A stretch of DNA of 64,000 bases. It comes from Alistipes sp. (GTDB lineage Bacteria; Bacteroidota; Bacteroidia; Bacteroidales; Rikenellaceae). Positions 55,758 to 64,000 of the stretch are shown one piece after another. The first letter of the stretch is position 1. Each line of letters starts with the position of its first letter. The translations under genes and the position numbers were made by a program. The stretch is from contig JAGAPT010000050.1 of the NCBI GenBank assembly GCA_017623115.1, forward strand, positions 4,107 to 68,106. The letters run 5' to 3'. Below the pieces are notes generated by a model that worked only from the letters and a program-made list of their open reading frames with translations, was not told the origin of the DNA and ran no database searches.

Positions 55758-57337
55758 TGCGCACCATGAAGACGTTTTTACGCAATATGAAACTTTATGC
55801 GATGTTGCTGATTGCAGCAATCAGCCTGACATCGTGTCTGGATAAGGTTCCCGAGTCGGCACTGCTCGAAGAGGAGGTGATGCAGCCTACTCCCGGGAAT
55901 CCGAATAAGTCCTTCAACGAAGCCGAGCAGTTCCTCTCGGGTATCTATGCCCGCATGATGAGTGGTGCGCTGTGGAGCGGTTACCTGACGCTCGTGCCCG
56001 AGATTCAGGCCGACCTGGTCTATGCCGTAGATGGCTACTCGAATACCTATGGTAATATCTGGCAGTGGGATATCCGCCCGACCAATGCCGAGATTGAGGC
56101 GGTTTATGCCGCACTCTATGCGGTGATTGCCAACTGTAACTTCTTCCTCGAGCGTATCGAGGGGGTGATTGGTTGCCAGACCAATGACGAGAGCATTGCC
56201 TACCTTGAATATTATAAAGGCGAGGTCTATGCCATTCGTGCTTTGTGCTACTCGGAGTTGATCAAGTGCTACTGCAAAGCCTACGATCCGGCTACGGCCC
56301 AAAACGAGCTGGGTGTTGTGATTCGCACGAAGTACAGCGAGCCGGAGTCGTCGCGTCGTGCGTCGCTCTACGATTCGTATCAGTTTGTCCTGGAGGATCT
56401 GACCGAGGCCGAGAAGTTGCTCGATGTCGAGAACGACTACTACGGAGCCCTCTATATGACCCATGCTGCGGTGTGTGCCCTGCGTGCCCGCGTGGCCCTG
56501 CATATGCAGAATTGGGAGGAGGCCGTAACCTATTCGTCGAAGGTGATTGACCATCCGAACGACGCCTTTGACCTGGCAAGCGCCTCGACCCTCTACTCGG
56601 GTTCGATGAGCTACTTCGACTACATGTGGAACTACGACCAAGCCTTTGAAATCATCTTCGAGGTGGGCTTTACGACCACGTCGTATGGCGGTGCGCTGGG
56701 TCAAAGTTTCCTCAATATCACCCGTACAACCAACAACATTTTCTACTATCCCGACTATGTGCCGGCACAGTGGGTGTTGAATCTCTACCAGTCGAGCGAC
56801 CTGCGCTACAATGCCTACTTCACTTCGTTGCAGACTAGTCACGACCACGGCTTGATATGGCCGTTGCTGACCAAGTACTACGGCAACCAAAATTTCATGC
56901 AGAGCATGATTTACCATGTTTCGATGCCGAAGGTCTTCCGCTTGGCCGAGCAGTATCTGATTCGTGCCGAGGCCTACTGCCGTCAGGCTACGCCCAACTT
57001 CTCGAAGGCATCGGCCGATTTGACCACGTTGCGTCGTGCCCGCTTTGAGGCCGGTGGCGGTAATATCTCCCTCTCGGCGGACAACTACATCCAGCAGATT
57101 GCCGATGAACGTGTCCGCGAACTCTACATGGAGGGTTTCCGCCTGTGGGATTTGAAACGCTGGGGAAACCTCTACAACAATGGTCAGGGCTTCGAGCGCA
57201 AACCGCAGTCGAATACGCTCAAAGAGGGTAGCTCGCTCAAGGTAAGCATGGATAATCCGCTCTTCACGTGGCCGATTCCGCAGCACGAAATCGAATCGCC
57301 CGGTTCGGAGGTTGAACCTAATGAAAGCAACAAATAG
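55757..57337 (+). CDS. SusD/RagB family lipoprotein
   Basis: TAATG overlap with susC, lipobox TSC, Y..I..CN, RAL.Y..L, R.AE.YL.RAEA, ER.REL..EG.R.WDLKRW, PIP..E. Confidence 0.93.
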   Translation: MRTMKTFLRNMKLYAMLLIAAISLTSCLDKVPESALLEEEVMQPTPGNPNKSFNEAEQFLSGIYARMMSGALWSGYLTLVPEIQADLVYAVDGYSNTYGNIWQWDIRPTNAEIEAVYAALYAVIANCNFFLERIEGVIGCQTNDESIAYLEYYKGEVYAIRALCYSELIKCYCKAYDPATAQNELGVVIRTKYSEPESSRRASLYDSYQFVLEDLTEAEKLLDVENDYYGALYMTHAAVCALRARVALHMQNWEEAVTYSSKVIDHPNDAFDLASASTLYSGSMSYFDYMWNYDQAFEIIFEVGFTTTSYGGALGQSFLNITRTTNNIFYYPDYVPAQWVLNLYQSSDLRYNAYFTSLQTSHDHGLIWPLLTKYYGNQNFMQSMIYHVSMPKVFRLAEQYLIRAEAYCRQATPNFSKASADLTTLRRARFEAGGGNISLSADNYIQQIADERVRELYMEGFRLWDLKRWGNLYNNGQGFERKPQSNTLKEGSSLKVSMDNPLFTWPIPQHEIESPGSEVEPNESNK

Positions 57338-57351
57338 CAACCCATAAAACG

Positions 57352-58272
57352 ATGAAAAAGATGATGAAATATAGCTTGGCGGCCTTCGTAGCCCTGGTAT
57401 TCGCTGTGGCGGTTACCTCGTGCGACGAGGAGTACACCACCTATTCGGATGCCGAATATGTGATGTTTGCCGATACGCTCTCGACCAACATGGTGTTAGC
57501 CGATACGGAGTATTTCACGGTGCCTGTTGCCTCGACCGTCGCCTGTGGTTACGACCGCACGTTCGGTATCGAGATTATCGACAAAGGCAGCAATGCCATT
57601 GAGGGAAAACACTACCGCCTGCTCTCAAATTCGGTGACCATTCCGGCCGGAAAATTGGCGACCGATGTCAAGGTGAAGGGCCTTTATGAAAATATCGAGC
57701 CGACCGACTCGTTGGGCTTCATTCTGCGTCTGGTGATGCCCGAGCAACTCGAGTGGAACCTCTATAAGGAGTGGACCGAGACGAAGGTGGTGATGTATAA
57801 GGGTTGCCCGTTCGACATGAACAACTTTGTGGGCCCCTGCATCCTGACCTCGATGCTGCTGCGTGATTATCCGGGTGAGAATGCTTCGTATCAGCGTCTG
57901 GCGCGGACGGAGTTGCATCCGACCCGCTCCAATACGGTCATCGTGCGCAATGCCTTCTACGATGGTTATGATGTGGAACTGACCTTCGACCCCTCGAATC
58001 CGGCCAATCCGCTGGTGACGATGCCGAAGGATCAGGTGCTGAATGCCTCGTCGCTCATGTTCGGATTGATTCACGGCGACAATAAAGTGCTGTGTACCCA
58101 TAGTGCCTACTACGACTCCTATTACAATTCGTGTCAGCGTTTTGTCGAGTTGTGGATGCACGTCTACATCGAGGATTTGGGTGCAACCGTCGGTACGGTG
58201 GGTGACTATTATAATATCATTGAGTGGATTTCGGAAGAGGAGTATGACCGTCTGAAGAAGGAGGGTCTGTAA
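57352..58272 (+). CDS. SusD-associated lipoprotein (DUF4984-like)
   Basis: Lipobox TSC-DEE, Y...EYVMFADT, DRTFG.EI....SNA.EG.HY, SN..TI.AG. Confidence 0.65.
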   Translation: MKKMMKYSLAAFVALVFAVAVTSCDEEYTTYSDAEYVMFADTLSTNMVLADTEYFTVPVASTVACGYDRTFGIEIIDKGSNAIEGKHYRLLSNSVTIPAGKLATDVKVKGLYENIEPTDSLGFILRLVMPEQLEWNLYKEWTETKVVMYKGCPFDMNNFVGPCILTSMLLRDYPGENASYQRLARTELHPTRSNTVIVRNAFYDGYDVELTFDPSNPANPLVTMPKDQVLNASSLMFGLIHGDNKVLCTHSAYYDSYYNSCQRFVELWMHVYIEDLGATVGTVGDYYNIIEWISEEEYDRLKKEGL

Positions 58273-58294
58273 CCAACACCGACAGCGAAGAAAA

Positions 58295-60739
58295 ATGGAT
58301 ATGAAACAGATGATTTTCCGATATTTGGGGATGTTGCTCTGCTCTGCGGGCCTGTTCGTGGCCTGCTCGGAGGATGAGACTACACCCGATGTGGCCCCCG
58401 AATTTCCGGCGCTGACGACGGCCGAGGTGTCGGCCGGTGAGGTCTATACCTTCACCATCACGCCTAACACGACGTGGAGTCTTGCGCTGACCGATGCGTC
58501 GGTAAACTTCTTTGCCCTTCTGGATGGTCAAAGCGAAGTTTATCGCCTGCGTGGCGAGGCCGGTACACATGAAATCAAGGTGCGTGTGTCGACCCTCGAG
58601 GAGTTTGATACTGCTCGCCAATGCGAGGCTGAATTGACCCTTGGTACAGGTTCGCTCCAGGAGACCCGTACCATTTTGCGCCTGACACGCAAGAACCTCG
58701 AACGTGGCTTGTCGCTCTATCTGGCTGCATTTGATGCTACGGCCGATGACTTCAAGTATGACGAGGAGGGAGCCTTCCTCTATGAGGAGACGGCTGCGAC
58801 CACGATGGGCTATTACTACGATGCCTACAACTACCTCTATCGCCAACGCTTTGCCGTGGAGGCTAACTTTACGTGGGTATTTACCGAGGTGCCGGCTTGG
58901 TTCGGTACGAATGAGGTGCTTGAGGGTGGCGTAGGTCGCACCGAGCTGTTCTCGCGCGTAGAGCCTACTGCGCATCCTTTCGAAGATACGACCTTTGAGT
59001 TGGGCTTCCTCGATGTGAGCAACCCGAACAATCCGGTGGCTGCAACTACCAAGGTGGAGGTGTCGTTACCCGGTTGTGAGGACTTCTGTGTCGTGGAGCG
59101 TGTGGCCTCGACGGTGGAGTTTGATAAGAATGGTGCCTTCGATAACAACGGCTCGCTCGTGGAGACGGGTATGATTGGTACCTTCAGCGCACCGATGGGT
59201 GCTCGTCTGCTGGTGGCTGCCAAGGAGGAGGACCGCTATACGTTCGCTGCCGAGAAGACGGCATGGGTGACCATTACGGAGGAGCAGCACGAGGAGTTCT
59301 CGACCGAGTATGGTATCTGGCCGCGTAACTTTACGTTGACCGTAGCCAAGAATGAAGCGGCTGCCCGTGAAGCGATTCTGGTGGCTGTGCCGCAAACCGT
59401 GGCCAAAACACTGACCGACCCTGCAACACTCTTGACGGAGGATGGTACGGCCTTGAAGGAGGCTTCGTATCTGGCTTCGACGTTGAAGCAGAAGAGTGGT
59501 CTGCCGGAGGATTTCAAGGCGATCGAGGCGGTAGATCCGGCCACGTTGAAGGCATGGGGCATCACGTTTGATGAGTTGTCGAGTGGCAGCTGGCCGTGGA
59601 TGGGCTCGTGGGCCTCGATACCGTATGCTTATCAAGTGAACTACACGAATGTCGATGCTATTGGTGACTTCTTTGTGCATGTCGATTACGCTTCGTATCG
59701 CATCTTTGGCTTTGATGCGTGGGATGAGGAGTACACCGATTTGACGAGTTGCTGGATTGCCCTTGAAGAGGGTCAGCAAAGTGGCTCGACACGTATCAAG
59801 ATGCGTCTTGGCGAGAGCTATACGGCTCCTGATGGTTCGACGAAAACCTATGAAAACACGTTGGCCGGTGATGGCGGTGAGAACGAGGCTACGATTGTCT
59901 TCTATGATGAGCAGGGTGTGGCCCAGGTGATGGTATATTGTACGTTGACTGAACCTTCGACGCCGGGAGGTGATATTGTGGATGATGGTTCGGTGTCGTT
60001 TGTCGATGCCGCTGCAGCTAATGCAGCCGGTGTCTACCTCAAGCCGATTGCTACGACCGATGAGGATTATAGTGCCGAGTTGGCTTATATGGGTGTTCCG
60101 CAATACTATGTCATCTTTACGAAGGCGGCTACGGTGGCACTCCAAGTGCCGGCTTATGTCTATGGACAGGCGTATGGCGAATGGCTCAACTTCGAGCAGA
60201 CGTCGGAGACGGTGGCTACGTTGACCGCTACAGCAACCACCGTAGGAGCCAAGTGTGGTGTCTCGATTTACGCCTCGATGGGTATGATGGGTGCCGAAGA
60301 GGGTGCACACCTGACCTGTATCTACAATCCCGACTACCAGCCCGAAACGGGTGGCACGCCCGAATATGATCCGAATGGTCCGGTGACCTTTGTGGATATG
60401 GCGGCTGCCGAGGCCTTGGGGGCTACGTTGCTGCCGATTGTTGAGGGGGATGATGCCTGGGATGCCGAGTTGGATTACAAGGGTATTCCGCAGCTGCGCC
60501 TGACGCTGAAGAAGGCCGGTACGCTCCTCTTCAAGGTTCCTGCCTTTACGCGTGCTATCGAGTACACATGGGGCGATTGGATTCTGGTAAGCCCCGACTG
60601 GTCGGAGAACGAGGTAACCGAATTGTCGGTTACGATGAACTCGAAGGGCGGAGGTGCGCAAAATAGCCGCATTACGCTCCATAATGGAGATGAGACGCAT
60701 GTTGCTACGATTCTGTGTGTGCTGACCAACGAGGAGTAG
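58295..60739 (+). CDS. Lipoprotein with N-terminal BACON/Ig-like domain and C-terminal tandem beta repeats (DUF5003-like)
   Basis: Lipobox VAC-SEDE, F.PN..WS; repeats V(S/T)FVD.AAA.A.G..L.PI...D....AEL.Y.G.PQ. Confidence 0.55.
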   Translation: MDMKQMIFRYLGMLLCSAGLFVACSEDETTPDVAPEFPALTTAEVSAGEVYTFTITPNTTWSLALTDASVNFFALLDGQSEVYRLRGEAGTHEIKVRVSTLEEFDTARQCEAELTLGTGSLQETRTILRLTRKNLERGLSLYLAAFDATADDFKYDEEGAFLYEETAATTMGYYYDAYNYLYRQRFAVEANFTWVFTEVPAWFGTNEVLEGGVGRTELFSRVEPTAHPFEDTTFELGFLDVSNPNNPVAATTKVEVSLPGCEDFCVVERVASTVEFDKNGAFDNNGSLVETGMIGTFSAPMGARLLVAAKEEDRYTFAAEKTAWVTITEEQHEEFSTEYGIWPRNFTLTVAKNEAAAREAILVAVPQTVAKTLTDPATLLTEDGTALKEASYLASTLKQKSGLPEDFKAIEAVDPATLKAWGITFDELSSGSWPWMGSWASIPYAYQVNYTNVDAIGDFFVHVDYASYRIFGFDAWDEEYTDLTSCWIALEEGQQSGSTRIKMRLGESYTAPDGSTKTYENTLAGDGGENEATIVFYDEQGVAQVMVYCTLTEPSTPGGDIVDDGSVSFVDAAAANAAGVYLKPIATTDEDYSAELAYMGVPQYYVIFTKAATVALQVPAYVYGQAYGEWLNFEQTSETVATLTATATTVGAKCGVSIYASMGMMGAEEGAHLTCIYNPDYQPETGGTPEYDPNGPVTFVDMAAAEALGATLLPIVEGDDAWDAELDYKGIPQLRLTLKKAGTLLFKVPAFTRAIEYTWGDWILVSPDWSENEVTELSVTMNSKGGGAQNSRITLHNGDETHVATILCVLTNEE

Positions 60740-60774
60740 CGAAGTGAAGAAAAAAGAGAGTTTTACAGCATAAG

Positions 60775-63438
60775 ATGTTTACGATGAAACTTTTACGGAT
60801 TTTAGCATATGCGACGTGTGTGCTGTCGATGGCACTGACGGTAGGCTGCTCGGACGATGAGCAGATCGACAACCGCGAACACGACTACGGCTATGTGCAG
60901 TTCAAATTGTACAAGGAGGCCTCCTACGAGCCACAGAGCACGGAGGCTGCTGCCTCGGGGCGAGGTGTACAGTTGCCGCTCGACTACCTCTCCGATGCCA
61001 CCAAGATTCAGGTGGTGTTGGCTTATGGCGAGACGACTGTTAAGCAGACCCTGACGTTGCAGGCTGCAGAGGGCGAGGCTGCCGAGTATGGTCTGCGCAG
61101 TGAGAAACTCAAGTTGCAGACCGGCCAATACCGCGTGCTGACCTACACGCTCTATAGTGTCGAGGATGAGCCGATTTACCATGGTACGTTGGACTCGGCG
61201 CAGGAGTTGCAGATTGTCGCGGGTGGCCTGACCGTGCATGACCTGACGGTGGAGGTGGCTGAACGTGGTACGTTGCAGTTCGGGCTTAAAAAGGAGTTCG
61301 ATGGCGGTCGTGCCGCAACGCGCGAATACACCTTCGATGAGATTAAGCAGGTGACTATCTCGGTACAAAACAAGCGCACGAATCGCAAACTGACGTTTGA
61401 GAAGTTACCGGCTAAATTCTCGGTTCATTTTGATGAGGGAGATGACACGGGATTTGGCTATCAAACTTCATCTATCGAGTGCGATACCTTGTTGTGGGTG
61501 CCGGCTGGTGATTATCGCCTGTTGTCGTATGAGGTGTACGATAACAGCAAGGTGCTGTTGGAGATCAACACAAACCCCACGCAGACCGAGTTCACGATTA
61601 GCGACAATCAAAAAACAGCGGTTGATGTGCCGGTATTGTTGCGCGAATCGGATGAGTATATCAAGGATTATGTAGCCTTGCGTGCTATTTGGGAGGCGCT
61701 CGACGGAGAGAATTGGTACTATGTGGGTGAGAATTTTGCTACGGGTGTCAATTGGGACTTCAATAAGGATGTCGATTTGTGGGGCGACCAACCCGGTGTG
61801 GAACTGCACTCGAATGGCCGTGTGGCACGTCTTGATATCAGTAACTTTGCTTTCCGTGGCGCAATGCCTGAGGCGTTGGGTCAGTTGACGCAACTCATTG
61901 AGCTCTATCTCGGCACGCACAACGACTCGAATACGATGAGTTATGATCCGACGATTGCTAAACACGAGACCATCGGTGCCTTGCAGAAAAATCGCATGGA
62001 GCGTCATAAAGCCTATTTGGCCACGCTCTACCCCGGTCCGCAACTCTCTGAACCTTGCGCCCGCGCTTTGAAGGAGCACAATATCTCGATACCGGCTACT
62101 CGTCTTTACGAGACCATGACCGAAGGCGAAATCTTTGATTTGCAGAGTGGCGCACAGCGTATTCGTCGGTATGACACGTTGCATGGTACGCTTTGTAATG
62201 GGTTGACCTCGTTGCCGGCTTCGATTGGCAATTTGGTGAATCTAACCACCTTTAATGTGGCGAACAGCACCATTGCGGAGCTGCCGGCCGAGATGGAAAA
62301 GTTGGTATCATGTACCGACCTGGAAATCTACAACTGCCCCAATATGAAACAGTTCCCGATGGGTATTACCAAAATGCCCGAACTGGTGTCCTTGAATCTT
62401 TCGAACAACAAGCAATGGTCGGCTGAGGAGATTTACAAAGGTCTGGTAGGATTAGCCCAAGGTCCTTCGAAGGAGAAGATACAGATTCTCTATGCCCGCG
62501 AAAACTCGCTCGAAGAGTTACCGGTGGAGATGGCTGTCATGGAGAAGATGAGTCTCTTGGATGTGGCTTATAACAACATATCGAAATTGCACGCAATGGG
62601 TAAGAAATTCTCTCCCGTGCAACTCTATCTCGACCATAATAAGATTGAATCGATGCCGGTTGACAATGAGGGGTATTTCTGTGGTTATGCCGATTCGGAG
62701 GCCTTCTCTGTCGCGTTTAATAAATTGACCAAGGTTCCCAATATCTTCTCGGCGAAGGCTGCTTATACGATGAAGTCGGTCGATTTTTCAGGCAACGACA
62801 TCACGGGTTTCGAGGGTGAGGAAACCAATTCGTATCGCGGAATCCGCGTTGAGACGTTCTCCTTGTCGCAGAACCCCAATATGAAGAAGTACCCGATGGC
62901 TTTAGCACAGTCGAATTCGATTGTCGGCTACATTATTCTGCGTGCATGTGGTTTGGAGGAGATTCCCGAGGGTGCATTTAGTTATACGAATGCCATCGAC
63001 CTCATGTCGTTCGACTTGTCGTACAACCATTTGACCAAGTTGCCGAAAGATTTCCATGCGGGAAATCTGCCCTATCTCTATGGCATCGATTTCTCGTTCA
63101 ACTCCTTCAGCGAGTTCCCGTATCGTCCGCTTGATGCAGCCGGTTTGACCGTCTTTGCTATTCGTTCGCAACGTGACAAGGAGGGGCGTCGTTGTCTGCG
63201 CGAGTGGCCGACGGGTATCTATCAGCATGTTGGCTTGCGAGGCCTCTATCTTGGCTCAAATGACCTGCGTGTGATTGATGATACGATTTCGACCCTTTGC
63301 TACTACCTTGATATTAGCGACAACCCGAATATCGTCTTCGATGCTTCGGATATCTGCTATGCTTGGCAGTCGGGGGCTTATATCCTGATTTATGATAAGA
63401 CGCAGAACATCATCAACTGCGACCTGATGCTCGAATAA
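60775..63438 (+). CDS. Leucine-rich-repeat lipoprotein with two N-terminal Ig-like domains (DUF4458-like)
   Basis: Lipobox VGC-SDDE, YGYVQFKLYK, DY.AL.AIW.ALDG.NW, many LxxLxLxxN repeats (LVSLNLSNN, LMSFDLSYNHLTKLP). Confidence 0.85.
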   Translation: MFTMKLLRILAYATCVLSMALTVGCSDDEQIDNREHDYGYVQFKLYKEASYEPQSTEAAASGRGVQLPLDYLSDATKIQVVLAYGETTVKQTLTLQAAEGEAAEYGLRSEKLKLQTGQYRVLTYTLYSVEDEPIYHGTLDSAQELQIVAGGLTVHDLTVEVAERGTLQFGLKKEFDGGRAATREYTFDEIKQVTISVQNKRTNRKLTFEKLPAKFSVHFDEGDDTGFGYQTSSIECDTLLWVPAGDYRLLSYEVYDNSKVLLEINTNPTQTEFTISDNQKTAVDVPVLLRESDEYIKDYVALRAIWEALDGENWYYVGENFATGVNWDFNKDVDLWGDQPGVELHSNGRVARLDISNFAFRGAMPEALGQLTQLIELYLGTHNDSNTMSYDPTIAKHETIGALQKNRMERHKAYLATLYPGPQLSEPCARALKEHNISIPATRLYETMTEGEIFDLQSGAQRIRRYDTLHGTLCNGLTSLPASIGNLVNLTTFNVANSTIAELPAEMEKLVSCTDLEIYNCPNMKQFPMGITKMPELVSLNLSNNKQWSAEEIYKGLVGLAQGPSKEKIQILYARENSLEELPVEMAVMEKMSLLDVAYNNISKLHAMGKKFSPVQLYLDHNKIESMPVDNEGYFCGYADSEAFSVAFNKLTKVPNIFSAKAAYTMKSVDFSGNDITGFEGEETNSYRGIRVETFSLSQNPNMKKYPMALAQSNSIVGYIILRACGLEEIPEGAFSYTNAIDLMSFDLSYNHLTKLPKDFHAGNLPYLYGIDFSFNSFSEFPYRPLDAAGLTVFAIRSQRDKEGRRCLREWPTGIYQHVGLRGLYLGSNDLRVIDDTISTLCYYLDISDNPNIVFDASDICYAWQSGAYILIYDKTQNIINCDLMLE

Positions 63439-63444
63439 CGGAAC

Positions 63445-63999
63445 ATGATGCTTATGAAAGAGATAAAATACCTTGCTGCGACACTCTGTCTGGTGATTGC
63501 AGCCTCCTGCTCGGATGACCATACAACGCCCGACTTTACGACCGACCGCGACCTGATTCAGTTGCCGGCTGTGGGCGGTTCGGAGCAGGTTCTTGTCAGC
63601 TCGGGGGATGCCTGGGTGGCATCGACCGACCAGCCGTGGATTACGATCTCTCCGGCCAATGGCCGAGGTTCGACTCCCTGTCAGTTTATCATCGACTCGG
63701 CGCTGACGGCCGAACCGCGTCGTGGCTCGGTGCGTGTCGAGAACCTGGTGACCTTCGAGAAACGCGATATCGTGGTCGAGCAACAGGGTTTTGATTACAC
63801 CATTGAGGTCGATGATGCCTCGATAGAGGTGGGGAACTACGATAAACTCGAGAATCGTTATTTCGAGGTCGTGGTGCGCTCGAATGTTGATTTCAATGTG
63901 AAGATTCCCTCGACGGCCAACTGGCTGACGAATAAGAACTATACGCTCAATCTGAATCGAGGCCTGCGCCCCCGTGAGGTGAAGGTGCGCTTCGACTGG
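63445..63999 (+). CDS. BACON-domain lipoprotein, 3'-truncated by the window edge (absent from the ORF track)
   Basis: Hand translation: MMLMKEIKYLAATLCLVIAASC-SDD..., W.ASTDQPWITISPANG.GS, RRG.V. No stop before 64000. Confidence 0.8.
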   Translation, partial: MMLMKEIKYLAATLCLVIAASCSDDHTTPDFTTDRDLIQLPAVGGSEQVLVSSGDAWVASTDQPWITISPANGRGSTPCQFIIDSALTAEPRRGSVRVENLVTFEKRDIVVEQQGFDYTIEVDDASIEVGNYDKLENRYFEVVVRSNVDFNVKIPSTANWLTNKNYTLNLNRGLRPREVKVRFDW

Positions 64000-64000
64000 G

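Noticed and set aside
63436-63456. LRR gene and the next BACON gene are in the same frame, suggesting stop-codon readthrough
   Set aside because: The stop is TAA and the downstream ORF has its own complete signal peptide and lipobox, so these are separate genes.
1-64000. CRISPR arrays, tRNA/rRNA genes, IS elements, prophage genes
   Set aside because: Intergenic gaps are all under about 280 nt and show no repeat-spacer periodicity or cloverleaf; no transposase, integrase or phage structural ORFs were recognised.

Overview
Mostly core chromosome of a Bacteroidota bacterium, most likely Alistipes/Rikenellaceae-like. This is inferred from TAnnTTTG promoters, SusC/SusD, TamL, the rpmB-rpmG-DUF4295 order and a visibly GC-rich coding sequence. 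Housekeeping blocks: receiver/PPDK_N protein + glutamate dehydrogenase; mreB-mreC-mreD-mrdA-rodA + Ca2+ P-type ATPase; nadK, uppS-bamA-skp-skp; pdxJ-cca-tsaC; yebC; pgi/gpsA; tamL, nitroreductase, dapF; two FKBPs, agmatinase; pdxB-pyrD-like-cinA; rpmB-rpmG-DUF4295. Three accessory-looking loci stand out. (1) 28.3-33.0 kb: a small XRE regulator divergent from a 1413-aa stalked surface lipoprotein with three repeated beta-helix modules, with a palindromic operator candidate at its promoter. (2) 46.5-52.1 kb: three secreted hydrolases, the first a GH106-like/alpha-beta-hydrolase chimera with a sharp GC step at the domain junction. (3) 52.8-64 kb: SusC-SusD plus at least four accessory lipoproteins (including an LRR protein), with no recognisable CAZyme, running off the window end. 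Several apparent housekeeping homologues have lost catalytic residues (PyrD-like, rubrerythrin-like, second FKBP). I saw no rRNA, tRNA, CRISPR array, transposase, integrase or reverse transcriptase. Family names are from motif recognition only; no database search was run.
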